44,236 bases of DNA from Phoronis australis (taxonomy: Eukaryota; Animalia; Phoronida), in NCBI GenBank assembly GCA_002633005.1, contig NMRA01000365.1, positions 21,181 through 65,416 of the forward strand, given 5' to 3'. The notes below the pieces were generated by a model that did no database searches, was not told the origin of the DNA, and was given only the letters and a program-made list of their open reading frames with translations. Position 1 is the first letter of the stretch. The number at the start of each line of letters is the position of its first letter. Positions 24,822 to 37,900 of the stretch are shown here, in pieces. The translations under genes were made by a program, and so were the position numbers.

Positions 24822-25334
24822 GTTGTTCATAGTTTACTGAAACAAGTAGGCTTAGGTCTATCGACAAATCTTTGGTCAGTCAACAGTTAATCAGAGTCAA
24901 TAGTGCACAACCTCACAGACTGCATACGAGCAACGGACTCGATAGAACAGGTGTCCAACGCCAGAAATCCTCAAAAGAGTAATGACGCAGTTTTAGACTG
25001 TCATGCGAACGTGCACATAAAAGAAAATACGGCACGATACCAACGCGATAACTGAGCAATTATTGCGGACGCCAGTGTATTGCACTGAGAGGCGGAAAGA
25101 TTGACAAAAGAGAATGGCAATACCGTTTCATCTTGCACTTATGAAACTGTTGAGTATAGCTATGATGAAAGATTTACAGGGAGGGGGGCACAAACCATTT
25201 CGACTTCTCCAAACAACCTCCCCCATCGCCACCACCTCCGCCACCCNNNNNNNNNCCCCCCCCCCCTCGCCCCCTTGCTTCCGACTGCCAGGGATGCCAC
25301 ATGATATTTGTACCGTCATACATAGGTGGGGACA

Positions 25335-26197
25335 CAGTGGCGGGGGGCCAATAGCCATGCTCTCCCTAAAATTCTCCCGGATTCCATTTGCCAGTCCGGA
25401 CTGAGGTGCGAATTTCTGACGGGTAAAACCTTGGACAATACTCTGCCCTGCCCCCCCTCCAACTCAAAATCCTGGAACCGTTCCTGGGACAATCCTGGGG
25501 ATGCAGCCACGTACCAGTCGTAGCCGTGAACCAAAACACGGAGAGTAAGAATGCGCAAACGCGTAGTCGAATAGATTGTGGGATACTTTGTTGATAGCTC
25601 GTGATCGCGACATTGCGGCCAACTGCAGAGGCCATGCAAGGATACGATGGCGCGCCAAATATCAATGATGACGAGTTGTGATAACATTGGTGTCTAAGCA
25701 ATCCAGTACGCGAACACTCTCTAATATGGCTTCCCATCCACATTGCTTCAGGCCGTATTGCCTAAATCTAATGATAGCATGTTCGTCAGTGCTCTATACA
25801 GAAATGAGAAACACCTTGTCGACAAACTAAAATCTTTTGTTAAAAAATTCATAAAAAATCCAAATCTGTGGAAAAGTCCCCAGCCCGTTTTCATGTGTGC
25901 CATGCTTGTCGTGTAGCAAGGCACGACGCTTCGAGGAGCTAGTGGAATCATAAAGGCGCTGATGGAACTAATAAACTGTTTTGTTATCTGAGACTACAAC
26001 AAAGAAATAGTTGTTGACATCAGTCGTTTTGAGAAGATAAATCCCGGAAAGATGAAATTTGGAAACGTATTCAGTGGCGGATTTAGAGGAGGCCAGGCCA
26101 GTTTCATTGGCAGTTCGGGGGTGCAAATGTCTGACGGGGAAAATCCTGGCTAATACTCTGCCCTGCCCCCCCAACTCAAAATCTGGATCCGCCCCTG
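25335..26197. repeat. Two related short interspersed non-autonomous DNA-transposon-like elements (about 25335-25486 and 26072-26197)
   Basis: Both start CAGTGGCGG and share GTGC.AAT.TCTGACGGG...AATACTCTGCCCTGCCCCCC..CAACTCAAAATC. The second ends GGATCCGCCCCTG, a TIR partner for CAGTGGCGGAT. Confidence 0.6.
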
Positions 26198-26779
26198 GTA
26201 TGAAACTGATGTGCATTTAGTCGTTTCAAAAACGCCTACTGAAAGATGAACTTACAACTTAGTTCAATGCACTGTAATGTTCAGTGTCTCTAATTGCGTT
26301 TTCTTTCTTGAAAACACTGTGTCGCTCACTTTTACTCCCGAAAATGTAAGGGTCGACGCCAATGTTTGCGAAATATCATATCATCAAAAGACCCACTGTT
26401 TTAGAAATTCGAATCACCTCAGACGTAATCCTGGCTACCGGACGGGTCTGTGGTACTACATTTGTAACTACCCCATAGCAACTTGCTTTACTACTTAAAA
26501 ATATGTCATTGAATATGCCGGCAACATATAAAATATCAAATTAAAAATTGTTTTTAACCACATAGGGCCTACCGAAAATGAGTTTGACGCCAGCTGAAAG
26601 TAGCGAACTCGCGAATTAAGTGTTCACCAGCAGCTTTGCTCCGTAAATATTAAGTAATTTATGCGCTGTTAACAATAACCATTTACGTCGTTAAAGTTAA
26701 TTTTGTATGCTAAAAATTAAGTCACGGCGCCTATGTCTTATCTTAGTTAATTAACGAGATTGACCACTCACGTAACGGT

Positions 26780-26953
26780 ACTAATCCACGTGCGCCGCTA
26801 CATTCACCAGTTTGGCCAACCACAGCCTACAGTTTCACTTCGGATGTTTCCAATATCGCCACGAGCTCCGAGATCCCGCCCACTGGCACAAACGAGGTCA
26901 GTGACCGAGTGCAAAAGAAACACGTGCTGAAAACTCTCAGTGGATCAGTAAGG
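26780..26953 (+). promoter_or_regulatory. Candidate promoter and non-coding first exon of the DNMT3 gene
   Basis: CpG-rich patch with CACGTG E-boxes, a CCCGCCC GC box and a possible donor CA|GTAAGG at 26948. The first coding exon has an acceptor at 28919/28920, which implies an upstream exon. Confidence 0.3.
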
Positions 26954-27763
26954 TTTGTATCGGTAGGTTGCTGGGAGAATCTGTCCACGTATCTTGTTAC
27001 TGCAGACTGAGTGGGCTCACTTTCATACGTAATCCTTTCTTCTTGATCTCATGCATCTCATTGAACTAGACAATTTACTGCGGGGTGTAACAAGTTCCAA
27101 TCAAGGACCGCTAATCCAGTTCACAGTGAACCGATAACCGACAACTATGTGGATTTGTGTTAATTTTTAATTGTGGCACTACTAGCACTGATGTGGTGCA
27201 TTGCCTGTATTGCGACCGGGTACACGGCACGCGGCATTGCTGTAGTATTTTTTGTTCTTGTTCTTGGGTATTTTGGCCTCAGTAGCGGCTGGCCTTGGGA
27301 CTTTAAGTTTGTCAGGTACAGTTCCAAATGGCACCAGTCATAGGATTTAGAGAACCGTGCAGTTTCATCCACTGAATAATGGGTGTTATTCAGTAATTTC
27401 TGTGTTCTCTAAATCAGGGTGGCCCATTATATCCGACTATAGGCAATTACATGCCCTCGCTAAATGCCGCAAGCATATGCTATACAGGGGCGATACTACA
27501 CCCCCATTAAAAAGTCGCTCATCTCACAAAACAGCGAATAAAATCGGATGAAATACGCATTAAGATACACATGGAGTTGCAATTAACACATACCATGACT
27601 CTGGAGACAATTTAGTCAACGTAATTTGAACGTATCCATAATAATTTGTCGTGGTGCGCGCGAGCCTCCTTCACTGGGTGCCATTTTGAGAAAGTTATAT
27701 TATGCCTGTTGAACAAAAAATGCAAGGGACACAAGCCTTACAAATTCCACCTTTTTTTTCCAC

Positions 27764-27895
27764 GCACTCGACCTGCCTGTCCATGCACATGGCCTGCCTG
27801 TCTACGCACTCGGCCTACCTGTCCGTGCACTCGGCCTGCCTGTCCGTGCACTCGGCCTGCCTGTCCATGCACTCGGCCTGCCTGTCCGAGCACTC
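27764..27895. repeat. 21-bp minisatellite, about 6 copies
   Basis: Unit GCACTCGGCCTGCCTGTCC(G/A)T. Confidence 0.95.
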
Positions 27896-28380
27896 AAAAT
27901 GTTAAATCTTTCATAGTGGCTAGTTATATTGGATATCATTTACTAAGCCCTGCATTCAGATGATGATAAGTGTTATGAGTTGAAAAACTTGCCATGGTGA
28001 TTTCATAACTCTATTTTGTGAAGTGAACTTATAGGGACTTCAGGGAGTATGTACTGGACGTACTATAAGCACTGGCTCTTTCCGTCCACAAAAAGGGCAG
28101 AAATACGTGAAATCCATCTTAATTCTTCAAACAGCTCTTAAACTGCATAGAGGCAAAACTTTGCTTTTACTGAAGTTTCAATAAACGGTAAAGGCTAACT
28201 CTGGTAGGTAATCAGCAAGTGAAACTTTGCTTAAAATAGTAGGATGTAAAACCGAAGCTTCGGTACTCGCCGAAACTTCAGTGTTGTGGAGCAGTCAAAG
28301 CGAAGCTTCGTCGAAGTTATCGGTAGAGATCGCAGCAAAGATATGAGGATCATGAGGGACATGCAAAACGTGTTCTTTGC

Positions 28381-28475
28381 TATTGTACTGTTGTTATTGT
28401 ACCGTTGTTATTGTACCGTTGTTATTGTACCGTTGTTATTGTACCTTTGTTATTGTACCGTTGTTATTGTACCGT
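28381..28475. repeat. 14-bp minisatellite, about 7 copies
   Basis: Unit TATTGTACCGTTGT. Confidence 0.95.
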
Positions 28476-28931
28476 ACGTGGCGTGCTCTCAAAAGACAGA
28501 CGTTTGTAAATAAAAGAAAGCATACCTGATCAAGAATGACACTGATCATTTTCATGAACATTGTGAATAGCAGAAGAACAATTTTCAGCTAGCCTCAAAC
28601 CCACTACTTAATATGCTTTTGAGAATACTAATAAACTACGTCGTCTGTTGTCACAGTGATAACTTCGATATCACTGTCCAGTCAGAAAGGTAAGCAAAGT
28701 TTCACCGAAGCTTTGGTAAACCGAAGTTCCCCTAATGGAAAACAACTTCATTCTAATGTTAGACTGAGGTACAATAATAAAGAGTAATTGACCAGAAGTA
28801 CTTGCAGTTTTCTGATTGTTCAGATTTGCATGCCTGCCAACTCTGGAGGGTCCATCACAACAATATAATGTTATGTGACTTATTAATGATTATGTTGAGA
28901 AAAAGCTTTTCAATTTCAGCAACACAAAGAG

Positions 28932-31900
28932 ATGGTTCGTGTTCGCAACAAAAAAGGCAGAAAAAGAGATGTAGCTGAAAAAAGCAAGGTACTATTTAAA
29001 GACATATTTGCATGCTTCTAACTATGCTAATGTTTAGTCAAGAACTGAACGACAATGCTATTTGAACATCATCTACGCTAAGCAAAGTGCAGTTGTAATC
29101 ATTGACAACTTGTAAATGTGAAAACAAAAACATTATGCAAATAGGTGATCTTTGCACTAATGACGTACCTTGGGGGCTCACATAACCCGCAACACGCTGT
29201 TGTATTCCCCTACATCAGGTCACAATACTTGCTGGACACTGTCGAGTCATTTATGGCACATAATTTTTGACACAAAGCCAGTTCTTCAAAACATTTGGCG
29301 ATTTTCAACCTACTTCATATTCACATCTCTGTATGTTAATTGCGTTTCTGTGGAAGAGTGTTAACAAGTGATATCAAGAGAATGGATTGTCAGATTCCAA
29401 TAAAACTTAATACAGAGGTATATGATGACAGTGCACTGGCACCATTTGATTTTTGGGTGGATTTGACTACTGCAGTGCCCTTGTGGTGGTTTTATATGAG
29501 AGCATATTTCCAGATGATATGTAGCGAATCTATCGAAGGTTTTCAATGAAAGTTGACGCAGAGATATGTGATGTCAAGAGATTAGACAGTGTGGCCTAGT
29601 GTGGTAGGTGGCCACTTCGTTTACTGGAGGTTGTGGGTTGGAGTCTGACTAGGCCACACTGCTAGACCCTTGAGTCAGGTTTCTAGCTCCTCAGCTTGGT
29701 TTTTACTATACATTAGGAAAGCGTAAAGATGGTTCCTGGTGATCCGTGCAATGGGCCCACATGTGAGGCCTGTGCACGTCTGGTACAACGTGTATCAGAC
29801 CGCCTGCAATTATTTTTTTTAAAAGTAGGTTTGGGCCATCCATAAATTTCACAAAATATACTTTTGACTCATAGTACACCGGATGTGGTTAACAGGTGCA
29901 AAGGTCATCTAATTTTCAAAATGACATTTTTCAAGGAATTCTTTTCAATTTCAGTGTTCATGTGGTTAAGTCTTCATGCCAATCAATGCATCATTTTTTA
30001 AGCAATTGGGCCATCCAATGAGATAAAGGTCATTGAATGGAAACTTATATTTTGATCTAGACACTTCAAATTCACATATCTGATTGATACATATGAGCTC
30101 TAAGTTTAAAGTTTCAGGTCATTTGGTACTACCATGGAGTCATTAGGTGCATTTTCTTCTGAAATCTTGACTTTCATTCAACACGTAATTTGTGTTACCA
30201 GTTAGACAGCTGTGATTCTCAGCATTAAACACACTTTTAACGGACTTTTTCACAATAGTTCTACTAAAAGGGGTTATAAAATGCCGGAAAGGGTCAGTAA
30301 GTGCAAAGGTCATCTAATTTTCAAAATGTTATTTCTCCTACATTTTTCAAGGAATGCCCTTCAGTTTCAGCACACAGGTGTCAAAGCTCATTGAGGGCAA
30401 TCTTAAGTTTTGAATTAAACACTTCAAATTTATATATCTGATTGGCACATGTAATTAATTTCTAATTCCTAAGTTTCAGGTCATTTGGTGCAACCATGGG
30501 GTCATTAAGTGCATTTTTTTCTGAAAATTTGACATATTCATTCAACACATATTCTGATTATCAACAGTGAGACAACTGTGATTGCCAGCATTAATCACAC
30601 TTTTCACGGACTTCGCATTAATTCTACTAAAAGGGTCAATTAGTGCAAAGGTCATCTAATTTTAAAGTGCTATTTCTCCTACATTTTTCAAGGAATGCCC
30701 TTCAAATATTAATATAACTAACTACTGAAGTCTGAAACAGCAATTGTAAGCACAAGTAGAATAATGGCAGCTGTTATTTGTAAGAGTGCCAATTAATTTA
30801 TGTGCTCACCAAAACATGAGATACATAAAATGCCATAAGGAAGTTACAAGCAGAAACAGAATTTGAAATACTGTGTAAATTATGGAAATTCAAACTAATT
30901 TCATTAAACTAATCTAAGGTTGCCAAACACAAGAAAGTAAAACAATCCTGTTAGGGCAATTTTTGATGTTGTGACACCCACGAGCTGTTAGGGCATTTTG
31001 AGTGGTGCAACTGAGTTGGCTTGCAGGAATTGGAATACCAGGTCGGACTGGTGTGATAGGGCATTTTGAGTGGTGCAACTGAGTTGGCTTGCAGGAATTG
31101 GAATACCCAGGTTGGTGTGATTAACGTGAGATGGTCAAGATCTCAACTTGCATCTTGAAATTTCAACTCTTAAATAATATGTGGAGCCCTGATAAAAGGC
31201 TACATGTAAGTGCTTTTAATGAATGAAAAGTAAGTTCTTGACTAATGGCAGCTTGGTTAATAGCACCTTCATAGTGCATTTGTGGTTCGGAATTGTTATG
31301 CAGTCTTCTACAACTTGTTTCTTTAGGCTCGGATGATCAAGAGTGAAGAGTTAGGTGAAGAAGTCACTAGTGGGCGTGGTCTTGCCAACTACATAGGTAA
31401 TTATCTGCAAACTTTTGTCATATGGTGTGTCAACATAATATCTAACAAATGATAAAACAGAATAGGCATTTCCCTAGTTGACAATTTATCAGACTTAAAG
31501 GTACATAACTGTACATATCAAGCAAAGTTGAAGTTTTCAAATGTCATGGCTTGCCAATGTGGAACCTAGAATACAGTTGGCTTGAAAAGCTTGAATGCTA
31601 CTGGTGAATCTTGAATAACATAACATACACAATAAGGCTTATTCAAGCTTGATAACAAATATGTTATACTTGTCTGTATTAATGCTCATGCTCAGTTAAG
31701 CTACACTTTAAAGTTATGCGAGCTGAACTTCCTTGGAAGTGTCCGTGTCGTAGTGAATGCTGTTCTTACACCAATTTTTGGTCCCAAAGCAAATGGAACT
31801 TGGCAAGTATCCAATAATCAGAGCTTCAGCATTCAGCTGCACTTTGGCTTGTGCAGGAAATACCCCGCTGTACTCTCCTACTATGTTTTATTTGACTTTT

Positions 31901-34900
31901 GCACCCGAATCCAATGTGTTTATCCAAATCGACGGTTTTGGTAAATATGCCCACCCCCAACTTTTCCAAAAATCATTTTTAAATGCCATTTGAAGGTAAA
32001 TACCTGATGCCTTTGAGTTTCTTTTTGTATGATGGTGTGATTCCACATGAGTGTAAAACATTTTTCAATGTTTAAGTGTTCTTATGTGTCCAATACGCTT
32101 GCAAAACTGCAACTATGAAATATTGCTATTTCAGTTGTGCCAACAACACAAGAACAATGCAATGACATTTGTGAAACACCTGTAACTGCTACCGGTGAAA
32201 CCAGAGCGTCCCCTGGTGGACAACATTTCACCACTGCAACTAGCAACTCTGTTATTCTTAAGTCCACATTGCCTCAGAGTTCAAGTTCTATTTCTCAGAT
32301 GAACAGACAGACTGCCTCATCTTTTCCCACCAATGGTAACAGCCCTGACTGTTCGCTGCACAAAATTGGGCTAGTTCCTGTCACCTGCACTTGCGGTGTC
32401 CGACCAGCATGCACTACTATCACCAGCTCTAGTCCGACTGTAAGTGATACTGCACCAAAAAGACCTCATCAAACTTGTGATTCCACTGACAGTTTCCCCA
32501 AATGCACGCCTACTGCAGCCACAACCCCAGGAACCAGCGTTGGTATCCCTGAAAATCCTTCATCATCTTGTGCAGGTGCCTTATCTTACCTTTCTCAGGG
32601 TACACTCAACTCCAATGCTTTCAATACCAAGTTATCTCACCCTGTCTTCCCTATGACTGCAGTTGAACCTAACATCAGCAACACGCTACCCCAGTGGATG
32701 TTTCGTGACCCCCTTTTCTTTGCCAGTGGTTTAGCTTCTCTCTGGACATTAGCTGCTCAGAGTATCTGCCCAGTCCCTACACCTGTCGATGCCAATAGGC
32801 AGGGACCTTCTCCCTCTGGTGGCCTTTCTTTCCAAGAGCTTTTAGCTGGTATGCAAACTCAACATGTAAGCAGCACAAACACTCTAGTGAACAAGACTCC
32901 AGAGAGGCCCAGTGTCACCAGAATGGAGGCTTCTCCACTTGCGCAGGGTACAATTGCTCAAGGGTTCAATCCTAGTGTTATCGAGCCATCAAGATCTAAA
33001 CCTGAGGCAGTGTTTTCTAAACCTGTTAGTGGTGTCAGTAATGTGTTAGGTACTTCGTGTCGAGCTGCTGCATGTGGCACCTCGTTTTACCCCTCTGAAA
33101 GCAACGAGCAAATACTGCAGTGTATGAATGTAACCATGCCATACAGCCAAGATAACAGCGATGATGACAAAGAAATTTCTTTCAAATCCACTGCTGGTGA
33201 AAGCTTAGTAGACCTGCTTCAGAGGGAATCACCAAAATCTCTTGAAGCTCAAGAATCCTCAGTGGGTGCTAAAGACGAGAGGTCAGATATTTCACCCACT
33301 GATTTACTGAAAAAAACAACTTCAAGTGTAAAGAAAAGAAAAAGGTCCTGTGATGGCTACAGGAAGTCCAGGAAAAGAGGGCGCCATCACTCAAGCAGTT
33401 CTAGTGGCAGTGCAAATCGGAGTGTTTCTGTTGATCCAGTGCTTGGTGTGGCGGGCAGTTTAAAAAGCATAGGGCACGGGTCAACAAAACTGCCAGATGG
33501 CTTGAGGAAGTCTACTTTGAGGTCTTCTGACGTAAAAAAGGACTGTTCTACTAGTGAACAACAATGTACAAATGAAGAAGACAAAATGCCTACCAACAAT
33601 GATGGGGAGGAAAATAATCTGCTAGATGCAATTCATGCCAGTAACAAAGACAAGTTGTATGAAAAGAGCAAGCTCGGCCCTTTAGAGAGCACTGCTGTCA
33701 AGTCTGTGAACCAAATTAAGTTTGATGAGATTGTCAAGGTAACTGGCAATATGGTGGATAGTGAAGAGTCTAGTAGTGACAACATACCCTTTTCACCAAC
33801 ACTTAAAGGGAACAGAGAACTTCTGCAACTGTTGGATAGTAAGGTATTTTTGGTTGAAACTTGTATTAAAAATTTAAGGAGTTTATTGTAACTATGAGTT
33901 GCAGGGATATAATAAGCAATTAGCAAAGTTCATCTCACCAGGTCAGTAACTCTTTTTATCGAAAATATATTGCATGGTTAGTTTCGATGCATGCAGTTTG
34001 TCATTATTACTTCCTTAAATATAATGCAGTCTTAGACTTCTGGCAATTAGTCTTTAAAAAAATTAAATGGATGGATTGTGTTGGGCAGGAAGTGACTTGT
34101 AAAAAATTACTCTTTTAATGTGAGAGTTTGTTTAAAAGTAACTTTTCTTTTTATTTAATACTATTCTCAACTTAGCTGTGCAGTTGAGTGTACTTCAGTA
34201 GAATATTGATGTAATAAAGTGTACTTTTTATGTTGCAACTTCCACTTAAACATTGTGGTCAACATTCATAAGTTCAGGGCACAATATGGTATAACATTAG
34301 AATTTCATTAACTATGGTCAAATTTCTCAAACGGTAATTAAGTACAGTTTACCTAATTTGTTAAGCATTGTTTTCACTGTCAGTACAGCTATTACCAGAC
34401 AACATGTCGAATGGAACACTTTCAGCTGTTAAATGTCAATCAAGCAAATGTTTTTCTCAGACTGTTAAACCATAGATATGACTAACCTTATTACATTTGT
34501 GGAGCCTAAGTCAAGATTTGTGTTCCTGCTGAAATATAATTTCTTTGTTGTTTTGTTTTAGACACTTGTCAAGTACAACACAATTCGCCAGTGTCCTCCC
34601 AAAACTGAGTTATTTCAGTATCCAGTTTCAAAATCAACACCACGTAAAAAGAAATCCAAGGAAGAGAATGAGACAGCTTCTCCAAAAGTTATTGCTTTGA
34701 AGGTTAGTAACTCTCACATTGTCTTATACTTAAAAAGTTATGTAGGACGTTATCAACAACTCGGTAATTGTCAAATATAAAGTGCCCGCATTTTGAGAAT
34801 TAGTTTTCTCCACTGAATAACGGGTAACAAACTGGTTTTCAGAATGTGTTCATGTAATATTCGACTATTGCCAACAAGTTAGTGTATTCAGCTGAATATA

Positions 34901-37900
34901 TACAAAAGTTTGGATTCGAATTTGGTGCGGGTTTCTGAAACTGGAATGCGTGTAGAATTTGATTTTTGACGTTCCAATCTGCCATTAGTTCTGTCGTGAG
35001 AACTGTCGTTTTCTAGAAAAATTAGCAAAAGTAAAGGTACGTTGGTAGCGAAACCAAAAAATCAGCATGATCAAATTTTGTTTGTTATCAATGATGAAAT
35101 CTCAAAAATGATAGTTTTGTAAATTTTCGTTTTCATTTTTTTAATGTAACTTTTGTTTCCTGCAATCATGAAAGTCTTATTTTTAGATAGCCCTTCGTGC
35201 AAAAGTTGAATGTTTTAGAATTCCAAACAACACAGTGCATGAAGCATAATATCTGAAAGTTTCATTATAAATCCACGTCACCTATTTGTAAGATATTATG
35301 TTCCAACAATTTTATGGGACCTACATTACCTGAATTGCTGTTTAGCATTATTTGCATAATAAATGCAGTGCTGCATCCCTGCGTTCATCCTGTGAGATGC
35401 CGTACTCCTTCTTTTAACATCCTGTTTCTCACTGATTTGTGTCATGAGTGATGTGTTGTTTTTTTGTCTTGATTCGTATGTGGTTGTCGAAGTGGGGTCA
35501 TCAGGCAAATCTCATGCTAACAGGATTTGCATGCACTGTTTGCCCTAGAGTATTCAGCGAAGTCCTTGGCACATCAAAGGCTTGATGGCGCTGTCACGGA
35601 TTGAAGTTATGTAGTTGCTATTCATGGGGTTGGCTGAATGTGTTGAATGAGATAATTGTGGTTGTAAACCAACACGCCTGTTACAATAAGTAAAGCAAAC
35701 AACGAATATGTTTGTTTTTAAAATTGAAAAGTAAATAATAGCCGTCTACTATTTTTAAAATCGATGCATTATAAGAAAAATAGGTTTTCTTCAGCATTTC
35801 AGCTAAGCCACGAACATTAATTTGTGAATCGATTAGGACATGTTAGTCACAGTCTGACTTAGGTTCATTTAAGCCTTGGGGTAACAAAACCCAAATGTTA
35901 TCGGAGGAGTTGACTCATGGTTGGTTATATTTCATGTTCCTTCTGTTTTAGTATTGGAAATAAATAAGTGAGATTTAGTTCAGCGTAACAATGTTGTAAA
36001 ATTGAGTGGAGAACAACAAGCTGTAAATATATCATTATAACCCAGTCGTCTTAGTTTGCAGCTGCGTGACTTCAGAGGAGCTAAATGCATATTATTTTCT
36101 TACCTAGATGTTTATCATTTCCTGTCTGATTTTTGGTCAATAAAATTACCATATATAAATTTTAGATTTCACCTTCAGCTTGGTTTAGTCTCGGAGTCAG
36201 CTGTCGGTAGATGTGTCCAGATTGTTGACGTCAGTAGGAAAGGAGACATTATATTGTTTACTTTGATGAACACATTGATTTATTGTAGGATGAACGAGAG
36301 CTGAACACTGAGGAGGTAATTTTCTTCTGATAGCTTTTAAAAATATTTGATTTTGGCAGAAAGGTATTTGCATGTTTCTATGCTAATGTGTGGCAGAAAC
36401 TAATGGACAATGCTATTTGAACATCATCTATTCTAAACAACGTGGATACGGTTGAGTGATTTACAGCAGATCAATTTTGACACAAAACTCGTTCTTGAAA
36501 ACATTTTGCAATTTTCAACCTACTTCGTATTCACATCGTCACTAAATGTTGTGTTTCAAACTAATTTGATCAAGCAATCACTTGCAGAGACAAGCATGCA
36601 AGTTCCACTTTAAAGTGTTCATTTTACAAATGGTGGGTTTGAACAAATATTTTTTATGATGTCCTATAATTTTTGTAAGCATTGTGCAATGTGAAAATTT
36701 TGCTCTAACGCACAAGTGCAGGATATGCCTTCAAAAGAGTACACATTAGTTAATATTTAGTCATCATCATGATGGAGATTTTCTTGTAGGTTGCAAACCT
36801 TGGTGAAATAGTGTGGGCTAAGTTTGGGCGCCAGTGTTGGTGGCCAGGCATCGTCACCAAGGGAATTTATTGTGGACTGAAGCCTGCTAGGAGTGGATAC
36901 TGTTGGGTGTTCTGGTTTGGTGATCATAAGGTCTCAGAGGTATGAAGTGTGCCAGTACTAGAAAATAATAGACTTAATAAATGGTCGTTTAATCCTTACT
37001 ACTGAATACATTTGTGATGCCTGGTTGTCTTTAAACTTCAGAAATAAGTGCTTTCTTGGATCAAAACGTTTTGGTCTTGAATCAAAATTTTTTGTGATTA
37101 TACGGTCAAACACAGAAGCCATTTTGCAGAAGTTTTATCTGATGTAAGTGGTGTAAAAGCTGACTTATTAAAAGTTGAAGTGTGTTTTAATTCTTACTGT
37201 AGTATTTTTAGTGTGTGCTTGGATTTGGCGTGGCAACTTTTTGGCGACATAACAGTTTTGCCAGAGCACCCAACGAAATCTGAGGTCACGTTAGTGACCT
37301 GCGTGTCGCCAAGTCAAGTCGTGGTCTGGCACTCATGTTTATACTGCTGCATAATCTTAAGATTTATATGTGGGAAGTGTAAGTGGAGGCAGTACCTCTT
37401 GGCAATTTCATGCAAATAACCTCCCCCAATGTGTACCCTGAACTGTATGAAATGATGCACTGTCAGCTATCTTGCCTATGTGTGCGATTGTGGCATCTAA
37501 GTAACTTTAGGTCTTTGAACTTGGCTGTTTGATAATTTGCTACTGTGTTTATTTATTCATGGACTCGGTTCTAATCAAAATTGCAATATATACAATTCAA
37601 TGTTCTAAAGGTGTCCATCTGTAACTTGAAAGGATTCACTGAGGAGTACAGAAGATTCAAGTCATCTAGCCACAGATCAAAACTGTTCGGAAGAGCTCTG
37701 TTAGAGGCCATTAGAGTAAGTGCCATTTGCATAATGGACTTGGTGGTGTCGGGGAAATTTAAAACATTCACGGTCTCACATTTCGTAAGGAATTCTTAAC
37801 CATATACTAATTAATTAACTAATTATCTTTCTGTATCAATGCTTTTCAATTATTTCAGTATTGTTCTGTGTAATTAATATATTGAAGAAAGTCTATTACA

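Noticed and set aside
27646-27963. Cys/Pro-rich metallothionein-like ORF (TRPACPC repeats)
   Set aside because: Translation of a 21-bp minisatellite, with no splice or homology support.
29585-29661. Functional tRNA gene
   Set aside because: The A and B boxes are degenerate, no convincing cloverleaf forms, and the sequence continues into a LINE-like tail, so it was called a SINE.
32137-33891. 584-aa ORF as a stand-alone single-exon gene
   Set aside because: It starts at GTG directly after a splice acceptor and has an in-phase donor at 33843 linking it to the PWWP exons, so it is better explained as an internal DNMT3 exon.
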